Source: Candidatus Kaiserbacteria bacterium
Lineage (GTDB): Bacteria; Patescibacteriota; Minisyncoccia; Phycocordibacterales; UBA2100
DNA: 64,000 nucleotides
Assembly: GCA_016217965.1 (NCBI GenBank)
Contig: JACRFI010000007.1
Location: 37,815-101,814 of the forward strand
Reading direction: 5' to 3'
This document shows positions 38,034 through 47,881 of this stretch, piece after piece (the first letter of the stretch is position 1; every line of letters starts with the position of its first letter). Under the pieces are notes generated by a model. That model ran no database searches. It was not told the DNA's origin and was given only the letters and a program-made list of their open reading frames with translations. The position numbers and the translations under genes were made by a program.

Positions 38034-39113
38034 CTAGAGCTCCATTGCAACGAACGAATCGAAACGGACGTCCATGAAATCGGTGCGGATGCCTGTGTAG
38101 CCTGCCTGCGTGATGGGAGGTGTCCCGCCGAAATTGCCGCTGTCTTTCGCTTCAAGGATCTTTGTTAACGATTGCTCGTTCGGCTTTCGGAGATAGAGCC
38201 GCACGCTCACCGTGCCGTCCGCATTTGTGACAGTGTCGGAGCGGATGTGGAACCACGCATTGTGTGGGAGAAGGTTATTCTTGCCGCCTTCTGAGTAAGA
38301 GCCGTCAAAGACTTTTTTCTGCGCCATCGTATAGTACGTGCTGTTGTACTTCTTTTTTATGACAGCGGTCCCATCCACGCGGATTCCCGCATAGTACAGC
38401 GTATTGCCATCTTTGTACCTCGACATGAACAGAATTCCGTTCGACGCGTTTCTATTCGGGCTTGAAGAAAAATTGTCACGCGTGATGTAGAAGGTGGCTT
38501 GGAGGCGAGGATCTTGCCACGAACTACGAGTCAAGAGCCGGAAGATATTTTGGGGGTGTACGCCATTGTCAGTATCGACGGGGTTTGATGATAAGTAGAG
38601 AAGACGCCATGGGTCGGTAAGAGAAAGAGAGCCTTGCACCGTCTGCCCGACCTCGTTTTTTATCTGAAGGTAGCCCCCAGAATTTACCCACCAGTACGGG
38701 CTCCACGACGACCCCATGCTGGAACTTTCGGGAACGCTGCCATCGATATTGAATGTGTAAAGAAGCGGCGTCGAGATCGTTGCAGCGGATGACCCGAACA
38801 CCAACGCAGCGTTAAGTGGAACCGGGACGAAGTAGGAGAAAGTATTGGACGACACGGTGCTCCATGCCAACCAAAAAAGAATAAGGGCAAAAAGGCTTCC
38901 CATACCTACTACGTACAATGTAGCGGTGAGGATGTGAGAAACATTAACGAGCGCACGAGACACGAGGAGAGGATACTGGTGTGCCTCTTCCGAGTCAATG
39001 AAAAGTCCATATTTTTTTGAGAAGAATCTTGCTCGTATTCTTTTTTCACTGTTCTTAGCGGTTTTAAGCGAGACAATACGTATCAATAACCCACGGCAAC
39101 TAGATGAAGTCAA
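38034..39113 (-). CDS. Hypothetical membrane-anchored extracytoplasmic protein (359 aa)
   Basis: Single N-terminal TM (ILTATLYVVGMGSLFALILFWLAW) then Ser/Asn-rich beta-rich domain; adjacent to EPS locus. Confidence 0.45.
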   Translation of the reverse strand: MTSSSCRGLLIRIVSLKTAKNSEKRIRARFFSKKYGLFIDSEEAHQYPLLVSRALVNVSHILTATLYVVGMGSLFALILFWLAWSTVSSNTFSYFVPVPLNAALVFGSSAATISTPLLYTFNIDGSVPESSSMGSSWSPYWWVNSGGYLQIKNEVGQTVQGSLSLTDPWRLLYLSSNPVDTDNGVHPQNIFRLLTRSSWQDPRLQATFYITRDNFSSSPNRNASNGILFMSRYKDGNTLYYAGIRVDGTAVIKKKYNSTYYTMAQKKVFDGSYSEGGKNNLLPHNAWFHIRSDTVTNADGTVSVRLYLRKPNEQSLTKILEAKDSGNFGGTPPITQAGYTGIRTDFMDVRFDSFVAMEL

Positions 39114-39140
39114 TCCTCATTCTCTTCATCTGTTCTTCCT

Positions 39141-40403
39141 GTGCCGCTTATATCATCTTTGCACGTGATGTATACGAAAACGAATGCGTTCCTGGCGCTC
39201 ATGTTGATCGTGGGAATTTTGTTCGCGCTTCTGAAAGATACGACGCTCTTTATCGACACGCTTTTTGAGAGGGAAGGGGCTCTGTATCAACCGTATCTCT
39301 CGGACAGTTTCGATGAGTACAGCGGCAACTCCGAGGTCTTGGATAGTGGAAGCGAAGATCTGTCACGTTGGCAGAACTCTGGTTCTATCACGGCGTTCGT
39401 TGATATTCTGGATTGGAGTAAAGTGCGCCAGGTAGATCTTCGGCTCACCGATGCAGCTGGCCGCACTGCAGTTCTCACGGGTATCGAGAACATTCTCGCG
39501 CCTCGCGAAGAGAACGACCTCAAATCGAACGATGCATTTCTCGACTATGATTTTTCCTGCGATCAGCCGGTACGTACGTGGGAAGATTTCATGCTCGTGA
39601 ACGGGACGAATTTTCTCTTTTGGGAATATGGCTCGGCGCCTCCCATCGATATGTCGAATATTGTTTCGTGGGCCGCGTTTGATGCGGACGGTGGAGAAGA
39701 GTTCCCGCTTAAGGACGTGGTTGTACACGATGGCCTGTGCGCTAGCAAGAACAGCCTCGCTGGAAAGTGGCATAGCCCGAACGGTCTCCCGCAATATGGT
39801 GTGTGGTGGACAGAGGGGGGCTTACTTATAATGAAAAAAGTTGACCAGACTCAATATCCGTCGAATGGTGATCATACGCGTATCCTCTCGAGCGCGGAGA
39901 CGCCGCAAAATTTTCTGATGCGCGTTCGATTCAGCGTCTCAGATATGCCGAAAATTTCTTGGTTTTCAAGGCGCCTCGGCACAACTTCTCCGGAATTGTT
40001 GAACACATTCCTGCGCGTCGCGTGGGATTTCGATGACGAATATGATCCGGGGCATGACCAGACGCTGGTATATAATTCGCTCGAGTACGGGTACTTAGGG
40101 TTGCAGCGCGTATTTCCGATCGTGCGCTATTTTCAGCAAGGATACGAACCGCACCAGAATTATGAGGAGGCGAAGACAAAGTTTGTTTTCAAAAACGGGC
40201 GCACCTACGAGGTGCAGATACAAGTTGAGGGACAGCATGCACTCGTCGAAGTGTATAGGATCGGCAAATTATTCGACACACGTACGGCCGCACTTTCGTA
40301 TACATTCATTGAAGCACGTCCCGCGACACCTTACCCGTTCTCTATCGAGGCGACGGGAAATATTGATATTGCAGTGGACGAGGTGGAGGTTCGCAGAAAA
40401 TGA
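39141..40403 (+). CDS. Hypothetical membrane-anchored extracytoplasmic protein (420 aa)
   Basis: N-terminal TM (AFLALMLIVGILFALL), then large Trp/Asp-rich domain; divergent from preceding gene. Confidence 0.45.
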   Translation: MPLISSLHVMYTKTNAFLALMLIVGILFALLKDTTLFIDTLFEREGALYQPYLSDSFDEYSGNSEVLDSGSEDLSRWQNSGSITAFVDILDWSKVRQVDLRLTDAAGRTAVLTGIENILAPREENDLKSNDAFLDYDFSCDQPVRTWEDFMLVNGTNFLFWEYGSAPPIDMSNIVSWAAFDADGGEEFPLKDVVVHDGLCASKNSLAGKWHSPNGLPQYGVWWTEGGLLIMKKVDQTQYPSNGDHTRILSSAETPQNFLMRVRFSVSDMPKISWFSRRLGTTSPELLNTFLRVAWDFDDEYDPGHDQTLVYNSLEYGYLGLQRVFPIVRYFQQGYEPHQNYEEAKTKFVFKNGRTYEVQIQVEGQHALVEVYRIGKLFDTRTAALSYTFIEARPATPYPFSIEATGNIDIAVDEVEVRRK

Positions 40404-40420
40404 ATTGCTTGATCTCTAAG

Positions 40421-42073
40421 CTACTCGCTTTCCGTGGAGGTTCCAACGTACGGTCGTGCGATGACCGACGAAACCTGCACGCGTGCCTTGCCGAGCTCAG
40501 GGTCCCATATCTGGATGCCCACGCCGCCTGTTGTGTTGCGGTCATACATCTCGACGATTGATTGGAATCCCCATGTGCATTCAATGACGGAGCCGTGTGC
40601 GCGGATGCCGAGGCGCGCATTCTCACCGTACTGAATGCGTTCGTCTTTCTTTTCCGCGAGAGTTGTCGTGACGCCGTGCACTGTCCGCTGGACCCTCACC
40701 GAACCTGGTGAGAATGCGCAGGCATCGTACGTTCTCGAATCAACAACGTCCGCGAGCAAGAACGCATGCCCGCCCTGCCAGTTTGCAGCGACATCGAAAG
40801 AATAGTCGTCCCACAGTGCAGAGCCATCGAGGAACGCTGAGGCGCTCGTGCGATCATTGCTCGCAGTGAGCACAAAATTGTTGCGGCCAGACTCCAGCGT
40901 GCCCCACGACAGCAGCCATCCTTTCTGCTCTCTGAAGTCGTCCTCGAATGGCAATTGTTTGGGCAGGCTGTTTTCCATGATGGTAAGGAGCCTCTCGCCA
41001 TCCCAATCGTGGTCAACGTGAATTCTTCGCACGAGAAAATCATTCGCAAGGTGTGCTGAGCTCTCTGATGAGCGTGGAAAGTTCGCAGTGTACGTTTGGT
41101 TTTCAGTCTGAATAAACCCGAATTCATAGATTCCACGTGCTTCGTCTTCGGTTATTTCACTTCCTTCGGGAAAGTTTGCTGCACCCTCTATCCCTGTTTC
41201 GTTGCCGAGGGGGAATGCGAGGGAATAAATTGGAACGCTGTACCGTGTTTCAAGCGCGGATTTTGCGCGTGCGAGGTCTCCTCGCACCCGCGTCCTGAAC
41301 TCTGCGTCAGTTTCCAGCCTCCCTGCTGCCTCAAGCCACATTTTGTCCGCAAAGAATACGCCCTCTCCCCCGTTCTCGGCGGGGTTAGGCTGGTGCCCAT
41401 CGTACGAATGGGAGCCGATGGACCACCTGCCGCTCGAAAGAAGCTGTTTTATTTCTTCAGGCGAGAGATAATATGTGCTCTCTGGCGTTTCCGACGAACG
41501 GACTATTATGAATATACTTGCGTTGAAACCAAGTGCACGAAGGATAGGGTCTACAGGGTAGAAACTTTCTTTCGCGCCATCATCGAAGGTAAGAAGGAAC
41601 GATTTTTGCGGCAGCTCGCGTTCTCCCTGCATGAACTCTTCGAATTCCGAGAGCGTGACGGTGCTCCATCCGGCTTTCTTTAACGCTCTCATTTGATCGC
41701 GGAAATTGGAGATTGTGACGTTATTGAGGTCATTCGAGTCAGAGACAACGCGGTGGTATGTGAGGACAGGTATTGTGCGTGCAGGGCCTTCATTTGGGAG
41801 AGATGCAGAAGGTTTTCCTCCGATGCCGAACGCTCCCGCGGCGCTCCCAATAAGGCGAGAGCCCTCGTACTCGAACATTGCAGCAAGCGTGTCTATTGCG
41901 TACCTTAGGCCGGTCACTGTTGCGTAGACTGCAGGCGTCGAGCCAAAGAGTTGTTGCTTTGCATAGAATGTCCCGTACACCAAGAAGCACATGCACGCAG
42001 CTCCGGCAAGAACTATGACAACTTTACGCGGCATGCTATCCGGATGAAGAAGGCCGCTGATCGAATATGCCAT
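40421..42073 (-). CDS. Polysaccharide deacetylase (CE4/NodB-homology; PgaB/IcaB-like) with extra C-terminal beta domain
   Basis: N-terminal TM; 'FLLTFDDGAKESF', 'WSIGSHSYDGHQ'; ~270-aa C-terminal extension. Confidence 0.7.
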   Translation of the reverse strand: MAYSISGLLHPDSMPRKVVIVLAGAACMCFLVYGTFYAKQQLFGSTPAVYATVTGLRYAIDTLAAMFEYEGSRLIGSAAGAFGIGGKPSASLPNEGPARTIPVLTYHRVVSDSNDLNNVTISNFRDQMRALKKAGWSTVTLSEFEEFMQGERELPQKSFLLTFDDGAKESFYPVDPILRALGFNASIFIIVRSSETPESTYYLSPEEIKQLLSSGRWSIGSHSYDGHQPNPAENGGEGVFFADKMWLEAAGRLETDAEFRTRVRGDLARAKSALETRYSVPIYSLAFPLGNETGIEGAANFPEGSEITEDEARGIYEFGFIQTENQTYTANFPRSSESSAHLANDFLVRRIHVDHDWDGERLLTIMENSLPKQLPFEDDFREQKGWLLSWGTLESGRNNFVLTASNDRTSASAFLDGSALWDDYSFDVAANWQGGHAFLLADVVDSRTYDACAFSPGSVRVQRTVHGVTTTLAEKKDERIQYGENARLGIRAHGSVIECTWGFQSIVEMYDRNTTGGVGIQIWDPELGKARVQVSSVIARPYVGTSTESE

Positions 42074-42076
42074 ACG

Positions 42077-43477
42077 CTACCTTGTACCCCAACGCGTGTC
42101 GCGGAGCATCACGATCGCATAGGGAAGTTGCCATACGAGGACGAGTGTGTAGAACCAAGAGAAGAACATTCCATATATCCAGAGTGAATCTTTCCGGAAC
42201 AAGCGATAATACACGCCGTATATCATGGACATGAGAATAAGGCCTCCGATGTATATCCAGGGCACGATGCCGTCCACTGCCGGAAGCCACAGAAGTGCGC
42301 GGCCTGCAACGATGGGGGCAAGGAGGGGGAGCAGGATGCCGAGATAGAACGAGATTGCCGCAATAGGATGCCGCTTCCACAAGAAGGCTGCCGCTTTAAA
42401 ACTTTCTCTCGTCCAAGATTTCTTCCAACGTAGTTGTTGTGTGAGGAATTTTCGCCAGGTATCCGGAACAATAGTCGTTGAGAACGCTTCGGGCGCATAC
42501 ACCGTTTTCCAGCCTTTTTTGAGAAGACAGTTCGTTAGCGCGCGGTCATCGCCATACGTGCAGCGAGCTCCCAGGAATCGCTGTGTCTGCCAGTCGTCGA
42601 GTATTTCGTCGATTGCTGATTTTCGATACGCAGAACAGCAACCCGAACAGCATGTCACTGCGCCAAACAAGGCTTCCGCAGATTTGTAGGCTTTGAACGC
42701 AACAAAGTAGCGCACCGCCTGCATTTTCGTGAGGAGATTCGTTTGTGCATTATGGACTTCTGCATGTCCTGCTGCTGCTGCAACTGCTGGATCTTTGAAA
42801 TATTTCACTAACTCCTTCACCGTCGAATCAGCAACGAAACTGTCCGAATCAACGAAGACAATGATGTCTCCTGTTGCTGCACGGACACCTTCTGCCATTC
42901 CGTCTCGCTTCCCGCGGTTTCTCTCCCAATCAATAACGGTCATCTTGACGTTAACGGCTTCTGCTTCCCTCTGTACGTTGTGCATTTCGGCTCCTGTGTC
43001 GTCAGTCGAGCCGTCGTTTATGGCGATGATCTCGAACTTGTCTCCTGGATAATCGCTGCCGAGCATGGCTCGCAACGTCTCTGCGATATGTTCTCCCTCA
43101 TTCTTTGCGGGCGTTACGAATGAGACAAAGGGGCGATACTCTGTATCAACGACGACCGTCTGTTTTGGCACGTAGAAGTACGCCAAGAGGAAGCGCGAGA
43201 GAATATAGGCTGAAACAAGAATGCTGTACGAAGCGAACAACGCCGAATCCTCGAGCGAGTCGAGCGTGATTACTTTAATGACAAGAACAATGTAGATGAG
43301 CACCATCATCACTCCCATGAACGCGAACCAGCCGGGCCCGGATGCGGATTCGCTCCTGTGAAGTGCCGCTCTTCGCACGGGTCCTGCAGGCAGAGCCTGG
43401 CCTTGCGCCAAACTCATTTTTTTGCGGCTCAATATCATGTCGTTTCCGACCAGCTGATTTTTCCACGCGTATTCCAT
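42077..43477 (-). CDS. Processive family-2 glycosyltransferase (PgaC/IcaA/NodC/HAS-like N-acetylglucosaminyltransferase)
   Basis: 'IAINDGSTDDTG', 'VFVDSDS', 'GAVTCCSGCCSAYRK', 'QQLRWKKSW' (QxxRW); 2+4 TM topology. Confidence 0.75.
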   Translation of the reverse strand: MEYAWKNQLVGNDMILSRKKMSLAQGQALPAGPVRRAALHRSESASGPGWFAFMGVMMVLIYIVLVIKVITLDSLEDSALFASYSILVSAYILSRFLLAYFYVPKQTVVVDTEYRPFVSFVTPAKNEGEHIAETLRAMLGSDYPGDKFEIIAINDGSTDDTGAEMHNVQREAEAVNVKMTVIDWERNRGKRDGMAEGVRAATGDIIVFVDSDSFVADSTVKELVKYFKDPAVAAAAGHAEVHNAQTNLLTKMQAVRYFVAFKAYKSAEALFGAVTCCSGCCSAYRKSAIDEILDDWQTQRFLGARCTYGDDRALTNCLLKKGWKTVYAPEAFSTTIVPDTWRKFLTQQLRWKKSWTRESFKAAAFLWKRHPIAAISFYLGILLPLLAPIVAGRALLWLPAVDGIVPWIYIGGLILMSMIYGVYYRLFRKDSLWIYGMFFSWFYTLVLVWQLPYAIVMLRDTRWGTR

Positions 43478-43481
43478 ATGG

Positions 43482-44834
43482 TTATCGCCCGATGCCTCTG
43501 TACGTAACGCCGCTTTCTTGGAACGCTTTCTTATCGAGGCAATTACGGCCGTCTATAATGATGTCGACGCCTGCACGGGTGAAATTCTCGGGGGTGAGTG
43601 CACGAAAGAATGTGTGGTCCGTTGCAATGACTGCGACATCTGCGCCTTGAAGTGCGTCCTCGAGCGTGCCCTCGCTAGAGAGTTTCGGAACGAATGGGTC
43701 GAAGGTGCGGACTCGCGCGCCTTTCGCGCGAAGTTCTTTTTCGATCTCTAGCGCGGGGCTTTCTCGGTGATCGGGGATGTCTTTCTTGTATGCTAGGCCG
43801 AGGAGAGCGACTGTCGAACCGCGAAGCAGCCGTTTTTTCTGTCTCAATGCATGCGAGAGGCGCCTCACGGCGTATTTTGGCATCTTCTGGTTTGTAAGGC
43901 GTGCAGTGAGAAGGAAGCGGTGTTCAAATCCATTTTTCTCTCCATAACGGATGAGGTAGTACGGATCGACGGGAATGCAATGTCCTCCGACTCCGCAGCC
44001 CGGGATGTGCGGCATGAATGCGAACGGCTTTGAAGATGCGCCTTCGATCACGGAGAGGAGGTCAATACCCGCGCGATCGAACGACATGGCGAGCTCGTTC
44101 ACGAACGCGATATTGATGTCTCGGAATGCATTCTCAACCATCTTCACGGCTTCGGCCTCTTTTATCGAGGGCATGGCCTGGAGCGGCGCATCAAGGAGGT
44201 TTTGGTACAGTGCGATAGCTTGCGCGAGGCTCTCTTCACCGATTGCTCCGATAACACGAGGTATGGTTCGGACGTTCCATTTCACATCTCCCGGGTTCAC
44301 TCGCTCCGGGCAGTGTGCAAAATAAAAGTCCGATTCGGCTTCGAGCCCAGACTCACTCTCCAAGATGGGTAGCGCTACGTCTTCGCACGCGCCCGGGTTC
44401 ACTGTGGATTCGATGACCACTAGTGAGCCGCGCGAAAGATGCCTGCCGACAATGCGAGAGGCGTTTTTTAGAGGCTCAAGATCGGGTGTATGGTCTGCTT
44501 TAACGGGAGTTGGCACACAGATGATATAGGCGCTCGCATGCCAAATATCGTCTTCACGCGAAGTGAATGAGATGTTGTCTTGTTTTCGGAGGAGTTCTTG
44601 TTCTTCGTCTGTTATGTAATTCGCGTCACGCTTTGTGAGGCGGGAGATCTTGGCTTCGTCAATGTCGAATCCGATGGCTCGATACTTTTTCGACGCCGCA
44701 AGAATGGCGAGCGGCAGCCCTACGTAGCCGACCCCGACGACGACGATGGAACTTGTGCTGGGGAGAGGGGATGGAAAATCATCCAACACGCTTGGTGCGT
44801 GTACTAATTCTCTTTCTATTGCATATGACTTCAT
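43482..44834 (-). CDS. UDP-sugar 6-dehydrogenase family (UDP-GlcNAc/ManNAc dehydrogenase-like)
   Basis: N-terminal Rossmann 'VVVGVGYVGLPLAILAA', catalytic 'GGHCIPVDP'. Confidence 0.8.
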   Translation of the reverse strand: MKSYAIERELVHAPSVLDDFPSPLPSTSSIVVVGVGYVGLPLAILAASKKYRAIGFDIDEAKISRLTKRDANYITDEEQELLRKQDNISFTSREDDIWHASAYIICVPTPVKADHTPDLEPLKNASRIVGRHLSRGSLVVIESTVNPGACEDVALPILESESGLEAESDFYFAHCPERVNPGDVKWNVRTIPRVIGAIGEESLAQAIALYQNLLDAPLQAMPSIKEAEAVKMVENAFRDINIAFVNELAMSFDRAGIDLLSVIEGASSKPFAFMPHIPGCGVGGHCIPVDPYYLIRYGEKNGFEHRFLLTARLTNQKMPKYAVRRLSHALRQKKRLLRGSTVALLGLAYKKDIPDHRESPALEIEKELRAKGARVRTFDPFVPKLSSEGTLEDALQGADVAVIATDHTFFRALTPENFTRAGVDIIIDGRNCLDKKAFQESGVTYRGIGR

Positions 44835-45030
44835 GGTGAGTGTACATAACTATTAGTGCGCACCCCATTAGAGGCATGAACCTTGCGTTCAGCAGCCGGA
44901 TACGGCTGGCCTCTAACGGGGCGCACGGACGGTAAATTACATGCGACCTGAATCAAAATGTGGTTCGCATACGAATAAAGACGGATCAAATAGAATCCAA
45001 TTACTTCCGAGCGGGAGAGGCGAGTGTTGC

Positions 45031-45167
45031 ATGCCCGGTAGTAGAATTTTGGCTTGTTTCCTCTGGTGTCGAACAACGAAATATCCTTTGGTCCCAAAAG
45101 TACCCATGTTACGTTCTTACGACAGCAACCTTGCGCCCTGCGCCAGCCGAAATTTCACAATCCGGGC
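45031..45167. mobile_element. Degenerate MITE-like element, family C copy (atgcccggtagtagaattttggc ... gccgaaatttcacaatccgggcat)
   Basis: Termini resemble the family C TIRs at 24118/48665; located in a 670-bp ORF-poor, hairpin-rich intergenic region. Confidence 0.45.
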
Positions 45168-45505
45168 ATGCCGGAGAGGCCGCGTTCCCATATCGAGTTA
45201 CGCGACCTCTCCGGCGCGCACGTTGACCCATTCGGAATCAACGTCAGCGGAAAATCCGCACGTCGCTTCGATCATATTTCTTTACGTTACTGAATAACTC
45301 CTGTACACAGCACTCCGCGGGCCCGTATCCGTTATCCGCCAACCGGCGGACGGGCGGTACCCCGCGGCTCTGTGTGTGCGCTCGAATGAACTCGCTACGG
45401 AACACTCTACAAAAGGGGAGTGAAGGGAAAATGAATATTGGCAAAGTCGCATTTCATTGCGCATTCGCCGGGGGAAAGGTCCAAATTCCAAGAAACAATC
45501 TCCCG

Positions 45506-46678
45506 TCAGGATTTCGGATTTCCGTTGGTGTGGTGCGTAAAATCCACTGCGACCTCGCTTGCTCCTTTTGTTCTCGGGCCGCTCGCGTCCTCCATGCCGG
45601 AGGGCAAGAGGACGACGACAGATGTGCCGCGCCCTTCAGCGCTTTTTACGGTGATCTTTCCGCCGTGCAGCTTGACGAGCTCGCTTACTATCGTAAGCCC
45701 GAGGCCGCTCCCTCCCAACGCGCGATTCCGCGAACGGTCTGCGCGGTAGAACGGCTCGAAGATATGAAAAAGGTCGCTCCGAGGTATGCCAGGACCCGAG
45801 TCTTGTATCGTCAGTTCTATCATGTGAGGTCCTGTGGGCTCGACGATAATGCCGATGCGCCCGTATGCTGGCGTATACGTGATGGCGTTTTTTAAAATGT
45901 TGTTCACTATCTGCTCAAGAGCGGAAGTGTTTCCCCACACAGTGCGCCAGTCACTCATACGAACGGTTATTTCCAAGTGTTTTCGCTCCGAAAATTTATG
46001 CAGCTTCTTCGTGACGGTTTCTACTATGGTGGCGATGTCGACGTTCTCGAACTTAAGGCGCTCAGGCCGCACTGATGCCGACACCGAGAGGAGATTGTTG
46101 ATGATGTCTGATATGCGGTCCAATTCCTCCAAATTACTCTCATGCATAGCTCGCGCATCCCTAGGCACATCTTTTTCCATAAGCCGGACCTCAGTGTTGG
46201 TCTTTATGGTCGACAGGGGCGTGCGGAGCTCGTGCGCAATGTTGCCTATGAACTGCTTCTGAGATTCGAGTGCATTCCTGACGGGTGAGAGAGTAATATA
46301 CGCGATGAGGTATGCGAATATGACTGTTGCTGCAACGACGGCGACGACGAGTATCGAGACATTTCGAGTCTGAAGCGACTCAAGCTCGGTCGTGATCGTC
46401 TCACCGATGGTACTTGCAGTTATTCCCGTGGTTGCACTCTCAGTTATGCCTTTTGTGAGGACTGTGACGACGTCCTGGTACAGGAACGAGAGGGATACTG
46501 CAACGATGACGAGGATCAGGAAGCCGAATGCGATCTGGAGGCCGAGGACGTTTATTTCGGTGCGGAAGAACGGCTCGTACCGGTATCTATCCCCGAAGCT
46601 TATAGCCGATGCCGCGAACCGTTTCGAGAACGTTCTCACCCGTGTGGCCGCTAAGCTTTTTTCGAAGGTTTTTAACAT
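45506..46678 (-). CDS. Sensor histidine kinase (2 TM, HAMP-less, HisKA + HATPase)
   Basis: 'IAHELRTPLSTI' H-box; 'GGSGLGLTIVSELVKLHGGKITVKS'; overlaps 3' end of the response-regulator gene. Confidence 0.85.
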   Translation of the reverse strand: MLKTFEKSLAATRVRTFSKRFAASAISFGDRYRYEPFFRTEINVLGLQIAFGFLILVIVAVSLSFLYQDVVTVLTKGITESATTGITASTIGETITTELESLQTRNVSILVVAVVAATVIFAYLIAYITLSPVRNALESQKQFIGNIAHELRTPLSTIKTNTEVRLMEKDVPRDARAMHESNLEELDRISDIINNLLSVSASVRPERLKFENVDIATIVETVTKKLHKFSERKHLEITVRMSDWRTVWGNTSALEQIVNNILKNAITYTPAYGRIGIIVEPTGPHMIELTIQDSGPGIPRSDLFHIFEPFYRADRSRNRALGGSGLGLTIVSELVKLHGGKITVKSAEGRGTSVVVLLPSGMEDASGPRTKGASEVAVDFTHHTNGNPKS

Positions 46679-47261
46679 GGACGTCAACGACGTTACTGAA
46701 GGAGGCATAGTTAAAATCCCATAGGTTTGTTAAAAGGTCTTCCCGATTTACGACTTGGTTCGGGTGTCGCATGAAGTATTCAAGAAGGCCGAATTCTTTG
46801 AGTGTCAGTGGGACATTCTCTCCATTTTTTCGTACGGTACGTTCAACGGGATTAAGCTCAAGATCGCTCACCTGGAGAACATTTGGCACGGTTTCTGTGG
46901 GCCGCCTGAGAAGCGCGTGTACTCGCGCTGAGAGCTCTTCGAATGAGAACGGCTTAACGAGGTAATCGTCTGCGCCCGCGAGCAAGAGCTCGACTTTTCT
47001 ATCTGTTTCGTTGCGCGCAGTGAGGATGAGTATTGGCGTGGTCACACCCCATTCACGTGCAGTCTTGCATATCTCAAGGCCGTCCATCGATGGCAGCATG
47101 AGATCGAGTATTACCAAGTCGTAATCCGTACGGTGCAGGGAAATGCGGTTAAGAGCCTTCTTGCCATCGTATATGGTATCGACAGCATAGCCTTTTAGCT
47201 TGAGGCCGTGCGCAAGCGCATCGGCCAGCTTCTGTTCGTCTTCAACAAGTAAGATTTTCAT
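46587..47261 (-). CDS. OmpR-family response regulator
   Basis: 'MKILLVEDEQKLADAL...DLVILDLMLPSMDG...LKP' receiver plus winged-helix 'LTLKEFGLLEYFMRHPNQVVNREDL'. Confidence 0.9.
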   Translation of the reverse strand: MKILLVEDEQKLADALAHGLKLKGYAVDTIYDGKKALNRISLHRTDYDLVILDLMLPSMDGLEICKTAREWGVTTPILILTARNETDRKVELLLAGADDYLVKPFSFEELSARVHALLRRPTETVPNVLQVSDLELNPVERTVRKNGENVPLTLKEFGLLEYFMRHPNQVVNREDLLTNLWDFNYASFSNVVDVHVKNLRKKLSGHTGENVLETVRGIGYKLRG

Positions 47262-47532
47262 ATTTTTTGTATGTCTTGTAACAAGAGCTTCTTTGCCAAG
47301 TATAAGGTAGCGAAGATGAAGACTTCATGATGAGGAAGACGGAATCTGGTGCTAAGCTCTTACTGGCGACGTAGAGCGAGCGAGGTGCGAAAACGAAGTT
47401 TTCGCACCTCCGAGCCGAGGAGCCAGAAATCGGCAAACGCCCTGCGCTTGTGCGCAAGGGCGTTTCTCGAGCCACAGGGTTAACGCCCCGCGGTCTCGAA
47501 AGAGCCGATTTACAGAGCCATTTTCTCTGCAA

Positions 47533-47859
47533 TCAGGAGGGTTGCTTCTTCTGGCGAACTTTGTCCAAAAATCGGGTTGCTACTGCATACATGTATTCGA
47601 CCTCTTGTATAGAAAGCTTTCTTACGTCGGCAGGTATCTCGAAAACTTGCAATTGGTGTTTCAATTCCACTTCGGAAAGAAGCGCAACAGGACCATTTAT
47701 TAATGCTTGTTCCGCCATCGTTTGGCTTGCTTTCACCGGCCCTACATTAAAACGATCCAATTCTGAGAGCCGATCTATTACGTTTTTTGCGATTGTTATC
47801 CCATCGGCATCGCTCATCTCATCGGGAATTCGAAGACCACCTGCATCAAGTCCACCCAT
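47533..47859 (-). CDS. Hypothetical small protein (108 aa)
   Basis: Intact ORF downstream of ABC permease on the same strand. Confidence 0.35.
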   Translation of the reverse strand: MGGLDAGGLRIPDEMSDADGITIAKNVIDRLSELDRFNVGPVKASQTMAEQALINGPVALLSEVELKHQLQVFEIPADVRKLSIQEVEYMYAVATRFLDKVRQKKQPS

Positions 47860-47881
47860 CCTGCCAGTGTATGCTTCTTTC

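Noticed and set aside
47262-47532. RNase P RNA or SRP RNA
   Set aside because: Could not find the conserved GGAAAGUCCGG / AGGGUGAAA…GGUAAGAGCGCACC (RNase P) or GGAAGGAAGCAGCC (SRP) cores on either strand; kept only as an unspecified structured-RNA candidate
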